Source of the DNA: Monocercomonoides exilis PA203
Lineage: Eukaryota > Protista > Preaxostyla
Direction: 5' to 3'
NCBI GenBank assembly: GCA_001643675.2
Contig: LSRY02000047.1
Location: 186,001 to 250,000 of the forward strand
Length of the DNA: 64,000 bases
In this document: in pieces, positions 1 to 13,700 of the stretch
How the letters are laid out: each line of letters starts with the position of its first letter
Position numbering within the stretch: position 1 is the stretch's first letter
Notes under the pieces: generated by a model
The model's input: the letters and a program-made list of their open reading frames with translations, nothing else
Told to the model about the DNA's origin: nothing
Databases searched by the model: none
Program-made: the position numbers and the translations under genes

Positions 1-439
1 CACACGGATGGCAGAGCTACAAATGGCGAATGACAACAGAAGCAGAACAAGTGGAGGAGGAAGTGGTGGAGGAGGAGAAAGAGGAGGAGGAGGAAGCGAA
101 GGAAGTGGAAGCAGAAGCAATAGAGGAATAGGAATGGGAGGAGGAATAGGAGGAGCAGCAGGAGCAGGGGTGAATGCAAGTTCTAATGTAATCTCAGGTG
201 GAAGTGGCGGGGGAAGGTATGAAGACGAGTTTGATATGATGGCCGAGGAGTCAGAAGATGAGGACGATGTGGATGTGTGGCTGCAGAAGCAGAGGGACAG
301 CTTTTTGGGCGGAGATTTGAGGAGCGAAGATGGAAGTGGAGAGGAAGGGGGGAATGAGGTGGACACAGATGAAGATGAAGAAGATGATGACGATGATGAC
401 GATGATGATAGTGATGATGATGATGATGATGAGTATTAA
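1..439 (+). CDS. 3' end of an unidentified protein (Gly-rich then Asp/Glu-rich tail), truncated by the window start
   Basis: Frame is open from the window edge (ACA CGG ATG...) to TAA at 437-439; purine-rich coding-like composition drops into AT-rich sequence soon after the stop. Confidence 0.7.
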   Translation, partial: TRMAELQMANDNRSRTSGGGSGGGGERGGGGSEGSGSRSNRGIGMGGGIGGAAGAGVNASSNVISGGSGGGRYEDEFDMMAEESEDEDDVDVWLQKQRDSFLGGDLRSEDGSGEEGGNEVDTDEDEEDDDDDDDDDSDDDDDDEY

Positions 440-1505
440 GAAGGATTAGAGGTTGAGTGAAAGTTCATTAACAGTTGGGGAATAGCGGATAAATGTTTAT
501 GCGAGGAGGAGGAGGAGGAGGAGGAGGAGAGGGAGGATGGGAGGGGTGGAAAAAATATCAAGGCATTTATTTATTTATTTATTTGTCTTATTCTTATTCT
601 TTCTTCTTTCTTATTTCTTCTTTCTTCTTCATGTTATTTTTTTATTTTTTTCCCCGCCATTTTTGTATTTTCATATATAAGCTGAGTGAAAACGTTGACT
701 CAGAAGTTAGAATGAGATGGCCAATAGCAATTAACATTATTAAGACAACAAAAATAAAAAAAAAAAGGAAAGATCCAATTTTATTGTGAATGTTAGAATG
801 AATTATTGAATATGCTCATTCATCCAAATAATTTTATTTTATTTTTTTTTTTTTTTCCAAATAAGTTTATGTTTGTTTATTTTTAAATAGTCTTTTCATC
901 TTCCTTCTTCTTCTTCTTCTTCCTACTCATTTTCTTCCTCTTCTACCTCTTCTTTTCTCTTTCTCTATTTCAAAATCTATTCAGACTTTTACTAATTTTG
1001 TTTGCATTCATTCATCCTTCTCTCTTCCTTTGTCCTTTTTATCTTTTCTTATCTTTTCTTTTTTTTTATTTTCTTTTTATTTTATTCATTTTGCATTCTT
1101 TTTTCTAATTCTTATTCATTTCTCCTTCATACACTCTTTTCAAAAAAGACAGTCTTTTTCTCGTTTTCTCTTCAACAATTCTCAATTAATAACGATTTTT
1201 ATTTTTTCCCCCTTCATTTGACAAAATATAATTCACTCTTTCTTTTCATTTAGCCTAAATTCAATCTATTTGATCAGGTGTTTATATTTGTTCTCCAATC
1301 ACAGAAGATTAAAGAGACATAATTAACTTAGAAAAAATTTATATAAAAATAAGAATTTGACTTCATGAAAAAAACGAGAAGATGAAAGTTTAATAAGCAG
1401 AAGAAGAAGGATAAGAAAGGAGGCGATATGAGGAATAATCAAAGGGGAACCGTCGAAATTACCCATTTAAATACTCAAAGTGACCAACAAACAAGCGAGA
1501 TGAGT

Positions 1506-2303
1506 CTATTCATAGAACACTTTGATGATTCTCTCAGCAAGAAGCTTTTCGCCATCTAAAAATCGAATCACACACTTCAATTTTCCACTGTCGAAAAAAT
1601 ATTATAACCAATTATTAAATGATTAATAGATAAAATGAAAACATTCATTAATGATTAAAAATAGCAATATTGCATTTTTCATTGAAAGATTGAAAAAAGC
1701 AAACTTCAACATTTCAGGTGGAATCATTTTGCCTTCTCCAGCCCCATGAATTGTGCTGTCAAAGGTATTTGTACTTCCTGGGATAATAAATCCAAATTCA
1801 AATTTAAAATCTTTTGAAATTAAATCGAACGAAAAATTATCAATTAAGCAAAGACTCAAAGAACAGACATTCTATTGGAGTCGTTCCAAGAACCATGATT
1901 TGCTCCATTTTCAATTCCTCAACTTCATTTTCGGAAGTAAATTCATATTTTGTTTGTACGGCTTTTGCCTTCAACAATTCTTTCTCCAAATGCACTGTTT
2001 TAAAAAGCAAAGGTCAAATGAAAAGAGAAAATCTTTTCTATAGCTTTGAATGCAAACTTTCATCCGTATGTAACACTTCATCCCTATGAAAATGATGTTC
2101 ATTTAACGACACATGTAATTAACTTCACATATTAAAGTATTCATACCATCCAGAAACTTCAAAATAACATTTCTTTGTTTCTCCATCAAACATTTTGATT
2201 GAATTACTTTTCAAACAAATCAAATTAAAAACGAAACAAATTATGAATAAATAACAAATAACTTTCCAAACATTACAAATGGAATTGAAGATTTTTCACT
2301 CAT
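1506..2303 (-). CDS. PDE6D: PDE6D/PrBP-delta prenyl-binding protein homolog, 6 exons, ~140 aa
   Basis: Manual GT-AG splicing gives MSEKSSIPFVINSIKMFDGETKKCYFEVSGWDEVLHTDEMHLEKELLKAKAVQTKYEFTSENEVEELKMEQIMVLGTTPIEYFKFEFGFIIPGSTNTFDSTIHGAGEGKMIPPEMLNGKLKCVIRFLDGEKLLAERIIKVFYE*. This is colinear with PDE6D motifs (DAETGK, ILKCKAV, FEFGFVIPNSTNTW, MMPASVL, RVRLFYV). Last intron 1588-1704; stop TAG at 1506-1508. Confidence 0.9.
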
Positions 2304-2509
2304 GATTTGGAAATCAATTTATCAAACAAATAAAATAAGGGAAACTTTAAATCAAATTAATATCTGTTTTTCCAACAAACATTTTTCCAATAAATATGAA
2401 CTCATAATAAATATCATTAATACATAATTTATCATTTTTTAATTGATCATTCATTTATTTATTCTACAGCTACTGCTATGTTATATTTTCTTCGTTGTTG
2501 AACACTTCC

Positions 2510-3002
2510 ATGAATCTTTTAGTATTTATCTTATTTGCACTAAAAAAAGCCCAACAATGCTTGGATTTAAATGATATTGATTCGCAAATTAGAGCTTATT
2601 GTTGCTCTGGTGTGTAAAACTATTTTCAAGGAATAATCGATGATTATATACGTTCAAAGACAAAGATTCGTTTTGCCCATTTTGTGAGCCTTGCATTCAA
2701 TTCACTGATAATTTTTATGATGATGATGATAATGATGAACATTTTTTGTCGAATGATTTGGAAAGCAAAAGTCTAAATTTTAATGAAGATAGCCATCAAA
2801 TTTGTAACGGACTTCTATCCCCCTTTCAGGTTGCTGTTTGTATTTAATTTTTCTCATTAATTTTTTTATGAGAAACTGATTTTCATTTAAGAAATACGAA
2901 GAAATGCAGAGAAGAAGTTACCCTCCTGGAAAATTTATAATGAAAAAGCAAAAGCCAAATTATAGACTGAATTCAATGAAAAGATTGATGATTTCCAAAT
3001 AA
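2510..3002 (+). CDS. possible small multi-exon secreted protein
   Basis: Signal-peptide-like start MNLLVFILFALKKAQQC... and a terminal exon-like segment KYEEMQRRSYPPGKFIMKKQKPNYRLNSMKRLMISK*. The model needs an unusually short (~21 nt) first intron. Confidence 0.25.
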
Positions 3003-3577
3003 AAATTTAAATGTTCAGTTTATTCATAAATATTAATCAAGATTTGGTGTGAAATGTTTGTTAAACTTTATAAAAATAAGTAGAACAATATCGCTTTATG
3101 ATCATTTTTCATTAACTGAATCAAAAATTTTTGATCAAATATAGTAGATTAAAAATTTTGAAAAAAGAAAAAAATGTTACGGAGAATGTTCTTGATGAAA
3201 GATAATCAGGAGAAATTAAAACAATTTAAAAACAACCTTCCTTTGAATCGATAATTAGTATTTTATGATATTTATTTTTTCAGGGATAAAATTATTATCC
3301 GAAATTTGAAATTTAGCGCCCATAACAATTGCTTTCATATAATTTTTGTTATGTTGCTGAATTATTAATCGTTATACCACAGTGTAACTTGATAATTCGA
3401 AAACGTTTATTTTTAATTCAATAGTTACAAGTTGACAACACTTAAATGGCAACAATGTTTGAATTTATTTCATGATTTTCAACAAATTTTCATTTTTCAA
3501 ATTTTGCGCTTTTTATAAATGTTAGATTAAATGCATCTTCAAAATTTCAAAAGCCAATTGAGTTATGCAACACTAAT

Positions 3578-4171
3578 TTGAATTTGTTGGAATTACAGCA
3601 AAAGGCGCTTTCTGTTGAATATTTATTAAAATTGAAATGTATTCAATTTCCAACTGAACAGCAAATATTGAATGTTTCCGTATATATTACAAATGTATTC
3701 TCAAGGATATTTTCTAAGCTCGCTAATTCGAATGTTCAAGAGGAAAAGAAGAAAAATGATTTGATTTTTGAATTTAATAATTTATCGGAGGATGGGAAAA
3801 ATTTTTGTTTTCAGATAAATGCTTTGTTACGAACTTTGAGCAAGAAAACTTGCATAACATTTGGAGAGTTGATTCACTTTGCGTATTTGGTTAAAAAGGT
3901 TATTGAAAACGATCAAAAAGAAGTTTCAAAGAAACAAAAACAAATGATGCAGATCTCCGAGAACAACACTGGAACAGTTATTGTTTGTTGCATATGCCTT
4001 GCTTTGAAAATGAATAGGGATCACCCGTTTGCGAACATTTGGTGGGCGCGTTCATTGGGTATTGAGATAAAAGTTATGAATGATTCTGAACGTTCAATAC
4101 TAATTCTTTTGGATTTTAAGCTATCGATAGCGGATTTTGAATTTTGTCAATTGATGATAAGCCTGATTTAA
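3578..4171 (+). CDS. Pho80/Pcl-type cyclin-fold protein (5' end uncertain, probably an upstream exon)
   Basis: ENNTGTVIVCCICLALKMNRDHPFANIWWARSLGIEIKVMNDSERSILILLDFKLSI resembles the Pho80-family pattern (..A.K...D....N..(W/Y)A...G.....(L/M)N..E...L..LDF.L.). Confidence 0.7.
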   Translation: MNLLELQQKALSVEYLLKLKCIQFPTEQQILNVSVYITNVFSRIFSKLANSNVQEEKKKNDLIFEFNNLSEDGKNFCFQINALLRTLSKKTCITFGELIHFAYLVKKVIENDQKEVSKKQKQMMQISENNTGTVIVCCICLALKMNRDHPFANIWWARSLGIEIKVMNDSERSILILLDFKLSIADFEFCQLMISLI

Positions 4172-4738
4172 TGTCGCAAACATTCTTTTTATGCCGAAAC
4201 ATCGGGATGTCATTTATTACTTCCTTTTTTTTATATATGAAATAGTTGTAAATTTTCCGTTTTGAGTTTATTTTTTTATGAAGGATTTTTTGGTTTGAAG
4301 AATTCTGAATTTTTTAGTTAACAAATTTTAGGTTCAGAATGTTTTCACTTTGAGGCATATGGATATCAATCCGTTTTTGTGATTGTTTTTTGCTTTTTTG
4401 TTTTTTTGGATTTGGCATTTCTTGTTGTATCTTTCTGTTAAAGATGTTCATTTTTGTAAAAATACTGCGTAACAAATTTTGCAATTCTTTTATTGTTTTC
4501 TGATTCACAGAATTTTTTTTAAAAAAGTTTTCAAATGAAAAATTTATTATTAATTTTGTATGAAATGAATGAGGTTCTTGTTTCTGAACAATACGTTCAA
4601 ATTTACAAAAAAATTAAAAAAGAAAAAGAAAAAAAGAAAATATGAAAATTGTAAAGTAAACAAAACTTTCATTTCACAAAAATAAAGTCAAAATGTACTC
4701 GAAAATTGCATAAAATAAAATAAAAGCAACACAAAAGT

Positions 4739-7700
4739 TCAAATAAGTGGCCATTCCTTTACAAAGCTTAGTCCTCCTGCATCTTCCAATCCATCATCAA
4801 CTACATTGAACTTTATCTGAATATACTCTTCGCACACATCATCCAAAGCACCAGAGCCCACAATAGACACAAATGCACAGCTTGTCTCGTATGCAACACC
4901 TGCTCCTGCATTGGCTGAGCTTTTGAAGCTTTCTCTTCTTTCTCTGCTCACAAAATGAGGTTCAACGGAAAGAGGAATGTTGATTGTATCTCCATCATCC
5001 AGCACAAATGATGAAAGAAGCGGATATAACACATTGGATACACTGCTGCTCACTGAAAATGTCTTCTGCCCTTCGAATGGATTCACAAACGGAATGTACT
5101 GTGTGTGAAAAAAGTAGAATGTGAAATATGAAAATACGTTAAAGAGTTATAAAAAGAAAAAAAATTTCCATAGAATCGTTTGAAAGTTAATTAATTCTTA
5201 TTTAAAAAAATGTTAAAAAAAAAGCACAACAAACCACAACGCCCATGCACCCCACCATCACGTTCAGCTTCCAAATCTGAGTGACATTTGGAGGGCGGCA
5301 TCCAATACAGCCTGGAGGAACACTCACAATCCACGTCTTCTGCACATCACACAACGTCGAGTCCATCACACGAATTATTGTCGTCACCCCGCTTTCGGAT
5401 GGAGAAAGGGAGAATGTGGAAGAAGAAGAGGAGGAGGAGGACGAAGATGAAGATAACAATGATCGCTGAACATGTCCTGCAGAAGTGACTCTTATTGAAG
5501 ACGATTGAGAAGAAGAAGAAGCAGACAAATAAGGAGAAGGTTGACCAGAAGGAGATGCAAACGTCACTTTCCTGCTGTCGTCTTTGGCTGCTTTGAAGCT
5601 TCCCCATCTGCTCTGTGGTACAAACGCGCTGTGTGTAGCCACAACACTCTGCAAAAGAACTGAAATCTGCTCCTGCGTCTCTGCATTCGGCTGGTCAATA
5701 TGATATGTTTGTGGATGGATGGCAATTGGAGAGGACAGTAGCGATTGAAGTGAGGGAGTCACTATGCGAAGGATGCGCAAATCATCTGGGCTGCTCAGCC
5801 CGTATTGTGATGCCATTGAAAGAGAAGATGAGTTTGATGACAGAAGAGGCTTGAAGGAAATGAGTGTGTTCACACGGAATGGAAGGCCGAGGATGGTTGG
5901 ATAGAAAGAAGTAACAAGCTCTTCCATTTCTGCTCCATATCGTTGCTGAGCAACGGAAGCCATTGAAACATTAGGCGACATTGCTTGTCTGCGTTGGATG
6001 GCTGTTGCTGCTTGGCTTTGATCAACTGAACCAGTCAAAGCAGCAGCTGCTTGTGGATCACTCTGTGCAAGTGCAAGAGAAGGTGAAGAAGAAGAAGAAG
6101 CATAAGCAGAAGAATAAGCAAGCGCACTTCGCCTCGGATTCCTCTTCGTCTCCACACTCATCTCCACAAGCCTTATTCGTGGCACCACATTTATCACAAC
6201 CTCCCACACTTCAAACAAAGAAGAGCACAGCTCATCATTGAACAGAGCAAGATGCAGTCGAACTGGCCTTTTCTGAGGAGCGGCGTTGAAATCAAACATC
6301 TGAGGTGACACAATCGCATCATCTCCTTCTCCTCCCTCACCTCCTTCTCCTCCTTCTTCACCACCTCCAAATCCTGCTCTGACAAACCCATCTTCCAGCT
6401 GCTTAGCGCCATCTCCATCTCCAAGCTGGATTTTCAGTCTAATCACAGCTTCGCCTCCGCTTCCGCTCACACCTGCACTCCCAGGGAAGATAACTGTCCC
6501 AGCTTCGCCAAAGCGGAAGGACGACGAAGAAGAAGATGAAAGCGCTGTGAAATGTGACTGAGCAATCGATGCACTCACTTTCCCCGAGCACGACATGCCC
6601 ATCAGCACCATCTTTTGGTATGTTTCTGAGACAGACGAAGAAATCGAATTTTGCGTTGCGCTTTGCTTGGACAAGGGCATGCTGCGGTGTGGCTGAAGAG
6701 GCGGCTTCTGCTTCAGAGGCGACTCGCGACGCTGCGGAGATCCAAACACTTTCCTCTTCACATTAGATTTAGGTACATTGCTGCTTTCATCATTATCTTC
6801 ATTGTCTCCTTCTTCTCTTTCTTCTTCTTTTGTTTCTTCATTCGATTCAAAACCTTCGTTTTGTTCTGAGAAATCGCTCTGTTGTCTTCTTTGACTGCTT
6901 CTTCCTCTCGTTTCTCTTCCTCTCTCATACTCCTCTCCTCCTCTTTCGCTTCCACCCGTCCCTCTCGCCTTCGCCTCCCCCACAATACGCGTCAACGGAA
7001 ACGGCAGATCCAGCTGGCATGCTTCTCCTTCTGAGCAGAACACAGTGAACTTCCTGTCTACTGCTGTGCCCATTGGGCAGACGAGGACAAGTGCAGAGAG
7101 AAGCAGCGTGTGTCTGACAGCGTCGCGGATGGAGATGCGAGTGAGGCGAGACACAATCGGAGGAGAATCGGTGTGAGGAGAGGAGGGAGAGAGAGGGTTG
7201 TTGGATGGAAGGAAGGTGGCGGCTGTGTGTGGCTGATAGACAGAATATGTGGACTGCTCGTGGGAGAGAGAGGGAGATGAAACAGAAGAGGAAGAGGAAG
7301 AAGAAGAAGAAGATAAAAAGCCAGCAGATTCAGAACCAGCGCCTGGGACGAAGGGAGAAACAGATCTGACTCCAAAGGAAGGAGAAGGAGAAGCAGAGCG
7401 GGTGTACATTTGGTTGGATGATTGCGATGAAAAGAAGTTTGCAGGAAGTGAAGGTGATGCTGATGATGATGAAAAAGAACGATTTATAAAGGAAGAAGAA
7501 GAAGATGATGATGATGATGATGAATTTGCAAACACAGATGCTGGCAAAGGTGCAAATGATGTGTTCAGACGAGGAATAGTCAATTTTCCTACCTCAGGAA
7601 GCTCCGCAGCTGACAAAACTCTTCCGTTTCTGTGTTCTGTGCTTCCTAAATTGGCACCCATTCCATCTTGCTGCATCGGGTGTGAAAGAGGGAATGGGTT

Positions 7701-10700
7701 AATGCCTTCTTCGCCCGATGCGAATGATTGGAAGATGAAAGGAATGTTAGTGACACTGTTAGGTTCCACATCGAGGAAGTAGGAGTAAGTGAAGAGACCA
7801 GAGATTTCAGGTGTGGCGTGTGATGGAAGAGAAGAGGAGAAAGATGTGGCTGGTGTTGTTGTGGCAGAGAAGGAAGAAGAAGATGATGATGATGACAATG
7901 GAGGGCGAGGGATAGGAGAAGGAGAGGAAACAGAAGCCATGTTGGATGACGTGGGTGGGTATGAAATGGAATTTGACTGAGACACAAAGGAAGATGATGC
8001 AATGGATGGGGACATAGCAATGTTCTGCGAAGGAAGATGAGGTGAAAGGAGCGAAGTTGTGTTTGTGTATGAAACAGAAGGTGGGTTGATGATTGGCTGG
8101 TGAAGATGAATTGGTTTGAAAGGAAGAGGACCCATAATGGGGTGTGGCTTGCGAAATGCGGAATATTCTGGCGGCGGCATTTGGATAGTGCGTGTCTGCT
8201 GACTTGCGGAATAATACGACGACGTGTTGGCAGAAAGCGCGCCAGGCAGGTCGATTTTCCCCAAGTCGCCCGCCACTTCCACGTTTTGCGGCGCTCCCAG
8301 CACTTTTTTGTAGCAGTCTCTGATTCCGGCATCCAGCAGCACATAGAACTCAACCAGGCTCATTTCGCTTTCTGTGCCAAAGATATGCCTGTTGCGTCTG
8401 ACATAACTTGACACCCCTTCCTTCAGCAGCGCCATTCGGTTCACTCCAAACTGGCCAAGCACTCTTTCTGAGTCATCCACAACGATCTCTATCCGCCGCC
8501 GCTCAAATCTTCTGTTGGCGAAGGGGATTTCAAAATAGACAGGAGAAGCGAATGAAGGGAAGATGGGAAGCAACGAGACACGCGATGTCAACGCAATCTG
8601 CTCCAACATGTCTCTCTTCTTTTCTGCCCGCAAAACATCAAATTCTCTCTGCTCTGCCCCACAAGACGTTAAATAGGACGATGGATTGCCCTGCTGCTGC
8701 AATGTCTGTACAGAAAGTGTCATTGGTTGAGAAGAAGAAGCAGAAGAAGAAGAAGAGAACGAAGGGATGGCTGGGGAGGAGCGGGAAGAGAGGAACGGAG
8801 AAACTGCAAAGACGCCAGCAGCGCCAGAGACGAGTGTGGCATCGCCAACAGTTGTGGGGATGAAAGGCTGAGAGATGGAAGAGATGGCAGGCGAAGAAGA
8901 GAGAAGAGAAGGAGAATGCTGTGTCTGAACAGGAGTCATCACGGCTGAGGAGCTTGGGAATGAAGAAGATGCAAAGGAAGAGGAAGAAGAAGATGCTGAT
9001 GATGATAACAAGGATTGATTGCTATTCAACATTGATTGTGATAAGATCGCCAGTGGAGAAGGAGAGGCAGGCATTGAACGGCGGTGTGTGATGCACAGCC
9101 TCAGCTTGCCAATCGGCATTGGAGGAAGAGCATCAGAAGTGAAGGTGAACAGAGGAGAAACACGATATGGATAGCTCCAGTGGCACAGGGCGGTGGATGG
9201 AGTAACTGAAATTCAATGAAGAGAGAGAGAGAGAGAGAGAGAAAGAAAGAAAGATGTGAATGTTTCGGTATAATTCAAGCAAAATCAAATCATATAATTT
9301 AAAAATTAAAAATTTTGCATATAAAAAAAGCGAATAACAATAAATAATTTGAAAAATTGTGCTATATTTTAATCATACCAGCAGCACCGCCAAGTGGAGT
9401 GTTATTCTCATCATGCACCAGCAGGCTCATAGCAGGGAACACATCCAGCGTCAGCATCATCTCTCTGTAGCCAGCCGACTTCACCACTTCTGTTGCAGCT
9501 ATGTCTGAATCATCACCTCCTCCTCTGCTTCCTTCGTTCATCATCAGCTCATTCCTCTTTCGATTTTTGCTGTTGCTGTTATTTCTGCCTGTTCCCAATG
9601 GGATTGTGCATCCTTCTTCGCTCGTCTCTGCCAGCCCCATCATCTTTCCCAACACAGAAAGAGGGAGAAACGATACAGCCACAGGCAAAAGACTCTCTCC
9701 ATCGACAATGTCAATCTGAAGCATTCGATGAGAAGCAAGATACGACGAAAGAGTAATCGAAGCTGTCGAGGCTGAAGGGAAGGGAGAGCCAACAATTCGG
9801 CAGTTGATGAGCTGTGGGATGACAGAGCTGGAAATTGGAGAGAGAGAAAAAGAAGAGGAAGAGGAAGCAGAAGCAGAAGGAAATGGAGAAGTAGGGAAAA
9901 GCGTCTCTGGAAGCGGAGTCGAAAATAGCATCGCTTCATCCACCACAAACTCCATTCGCACACCAGCTGCCTCCGAAAGATCTCCATCTTCTCCTTCCTC
10001 TCCACTCACTCCTCCTCTTCCTCCTCTCCTCCTGCCTTGCCCAAACCCCACCAGCTCAAACAGCGGCTCCACACCTTTAATCAGTTTCGGTTTCCCTCTC
10101 TCCATCCTCCGCAGCTCCATCGCCTCTTCTGCACTGCCTTCCTCCACCACAACCTCCTCATTCGTCATGTCCAGCTCAGCCACTCTGCTCCTCGACACTT
10201 CAGCAAGCCCGCTGGTTAACGTTGGGAATGTGAAGAACTTCGTCTGGAACATCACTGAACGGGGGAGCAGCGCATTCAGCTTCTGCATCTGGAAGGCAAT
10301 GTAGTCTGTAGGATCAGAAGAAAGAATCTTCACGTCTGCTTCGCCTGCACTGCTGTTGTTAGTTCTTCCATCTGCACTTTCTCCTCTTCCGCTTGAGGTC
10401 TCCCTTCCTTCTCCTCTTCCTTCTCCTTCTCCTTCTTCTCTCATTTTTCCACCTCCCTGCTCCTCATTCATCCCACTGTTTCTCTCAATCTTCTTTCCAC
10501 TCAGTGGCGTAAACGCCAGAAATCTGAACGAAAACTCACTTGCCGTCTGCGGCATCGTCTCCTTCAGCACATCTCTTCTTGGAAATGGCGTGTGCACCTG
10601 AATGGTCGGAGCTGCTGCGATCGTCGGCCTCTCAATCTGGTTCGTCAACGCCATCGGCTGCTTCTTCAGCACTTTTCGGCGCGGGGCAAGTGGTTCGGGT

Positions 10701-13700
10701 GGAGGTGGAGCTTCTTCTTCTTCTTCCTCTGATGGCTCAGACTCCTCACTCACTTGCAGCCCAGCCATTCTTTCCCTCCTTCTCTGCCTTCTCTTCTTCC
10801 GCTTCTTCTTCTCCTTCTTCTCCTCTCTCTTTCTGTTCTTGATATACCCCTTCAGTGCTCTTAAATACCTTTTCTCTTTGTTAGGCGTCACCACATACAC
10901 AGGCAGATAGTGAATATCCTCCTGTGGTATCTCCAATCTGAACAGCACCCTCACAAGCGGATCAGTCGCTGCCCTGTTCGTCGCAATCGGAGAGTCGAAG
11001 GGACCTTCTGTGAAGAAAGGCAGCATGTACGGGTGGATCACATTGAAGGGAAACATGTTCTCCAGCTCCGGAGCCTCTTGCGGATTGAACTTATTCCCTG
11101 CTTTTGAGGCAGTCTTTCGCTTCCCAAACCAGGAGAAGGGTGAATCCAGCAGATCTGTCTGGTTTCGCTGGTACTCCGCCAGCGATGGCTTCAGCAGCGC
11201 TGCCGAGGCAGCCGAGAGCAGAAGAGAGGAAGATGCTAAAGAAGGTTTTGAGGGGCGGACACCTGAATAAGGTCCACGACGTGGGTCAAACACCCAGGCA
11301 CTGCTGACGTCGTGGTAGAGAGTGTTTATGACTGCGTTGGAGCGGAGGAAGAGCTGAGTGGTGTAGCGAGATGGAGGCTTTGCAGAAGCTGTTTTGTTTT
11401 TGCTTTTGCCTTTGGACTTGGATGAAGGAGAGATGTAGAGCGAAGGGATGCGCAGATACAGACGCCCGCGGAGCCGCTGGTGATGCGGGGGCACTTGTGA
11501 GAGGATGGCAGAGACTGACTGGGCTGTTGTGACTGAGCCGACGGAAGAGCTTTCTTGAAGAGGAGAAGGAACAGGCGTGGGTGTGCGGGAGGATCGCTCA
11601 CTGGATTGTCCTCTCTTCCTTCTTTTAGATGCGCTTCTTCGTCCTCTCCTGTCATCTTCGTTATCATCATCTTCTTCTTCTTCTTCTTCTTCTTTGTTGT
11701 TTTTTCTGTTGTTGGAACGTCTATCATCTTCATCAGCTTCATCGTCACCATCATCTCTTTTTCGACTTGAGCTTCTTTTTCTGCTTTTATTCTTTTCACT
11801 TCCCTTTCTTCGCATTCGGCTTCCTCTTCCTTCATCTTCATCATCATTATCTTCTTCTCCCTCTTCTTCTTCACTATCTCTGCGTGATCTGCTGTTCTTT
11901 CTTTGTTTTGATGAAGTGCTGGCTGATCCTTTTTTCCCTCTTTGATTTTTGGACTTAGATCGAGCATCGCTTTCTTCATCTTCATCATTGTTTTCATCTT
12001 CTTCATCATCGTCTTCTTCTTCCTCCTCCTCCTCTTCCTCCTCCTCCTCTTCTTCCTCTTCTTCCTCTTCTTCATCCTCCTCCTCCTCATCGCTTTCCTC
12101 ACTATCCAAATCATCTTCATCTGCATGCTCATTCGGATCCATTGCTGGCTTAAATGGGTAAAAATCGTTCCATCCAACCACAATCGGCTTCGTCACTGTG
12201 TTCTGAATGGCCACTTTTGGAATTGGGACGGGCTTCTCCTCAGGCTTCATGAAACCAGGCAGCTTCGCCTGGCACCCCGTCAGCTGCATCTGATGCTCCT
12301 CTGGTGAGAAATGCACCTGCACGCGGATGTCAAACACAACCATGAAGATCAAACAGAAGTTCGGATGGGCAAAACACTGAGGCACTTTGATGAATTGCTC
12401 CCGGCCTTGCAGCTTCAGCACATCAAATTGCGTGTTGCCAATCTTCGTCGTCGCGCCTTTCAGCGTCCTGTTCGGGACAGAAATGGACTTGTCAGTCAGC
12501 AGATTCACCTCAATCTGCTTCGAAACCACTTTCACCCCGTTCGACGCAATCACAATCAGCCTTCTGTTCGCAATCTCCACGTTCTTCTGATCGTCATCGA
12601 TCAGCTGCTCCGTCTTCCTCACATAGTTCAGATGCGCCTTCAGCGTTTCCTCAAACCCTTTAATCAGTCTCACTTTCACATCTGCAAACGTCAGGGTCAA
12701 TGGTTCCTGCCGCAAAGGGCGCAGGAGGGAATTTCCGAAGCGCCAGGGCGACTTCCAGATGATTGCGCGAGACGTCAAATAGCCCTTTGGCAGATGAGAG
12801 GCACCCACAATAGAATTCAGCGAGTTCGCTTTACCGGCAGCCAATCTTCGTGTCTGCCCGTCGGGAGTTCTGCCGGCGCGGGCAAAGCGAGTGTGGATAG
12901 CAACGGGTGGAATGGGGATTAATGAGGCCGCAGCGACTGTGGGAGGCAGGCCGCAGAGGAGGAGCCACTCGCGGATTTCTTGCTGCCGGAGGGAATACGG
13001 GAGCGGCTCGCCCTGCAGATAGGAAAGATCTGCTTCTGTCCACTGGCACGAGTCCAGCCACGTGTAACTGTCTTTCAAAGGCGCTATTTCCTCCATCACC
13101 TCCTCCACCCCATCGCCATCATCATCATCGCCGTCTCCTTCATCTTCGTCGTCGTTATCTTCGTCATCATCACCGTTGCCATCTTCATCACTTCCTTCAT
13201 CAACTGCATTTGGATCTTCTTCTTCCACTCCTTCCTCATTTCGAGAAGCTTTCTTCCCCTTTTTCTTTTTCGTGTTTTTCGCTTTTTTCCATTTTTTCCC
13301 TTTTGCTTCTCTGTTTTTTCTCGCCTTTCTTTTCTTTGAAGCACCTTCAATCAACATTTTCCTTCGTTTCGCTGTTTCTGCTGGATTCATCGTTTTCAGT
13401 GTCTCAAAAAGAAGCTTTTTTCGATCTTTCTCGCTCGCCTTCACAATTGCCGATGATCCGCTTTCTTTCCCTTTCCCTTTCCCTTTCCCTTTCACATCTC
13501 TCTTTCCCTTTCCCGTTTTTCTTTTCTCGCTTTCTTCGTCTTTTTCCATTCCAATTCCAAAGTCTGGCTCGTTTTCTGCACTTCCTCCTATTGCTGAAGA
13601 AGCTGACTGATCGCCAGCCGCTCCTGAAAACAGAGCAATTGCTGAAGAACCAAAAACTGCTTGAATTTCTGGTTTGAACATCTCTTTCACTATTTCTTGA

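Noticed and set aside
493-1253. Phe-rich ORFs
   Set aside because: Translations of T-rich intergenic/UTR sequence.
1250-1467. Minus-strand mini-ORF MGNFDGSPLIIPHIASFLILLLLLIKLSSSRFFHE just downstream of PDE6D
   Set aside because: I could not build a convincing spliced model; it may be UTR.
5281-13677. Many short ORFs overlapping the NPHP4-like gene on the opposite strand or in other frames
   Set aside because: Shadows of low-complexity coding sequence; no recognisable domains.
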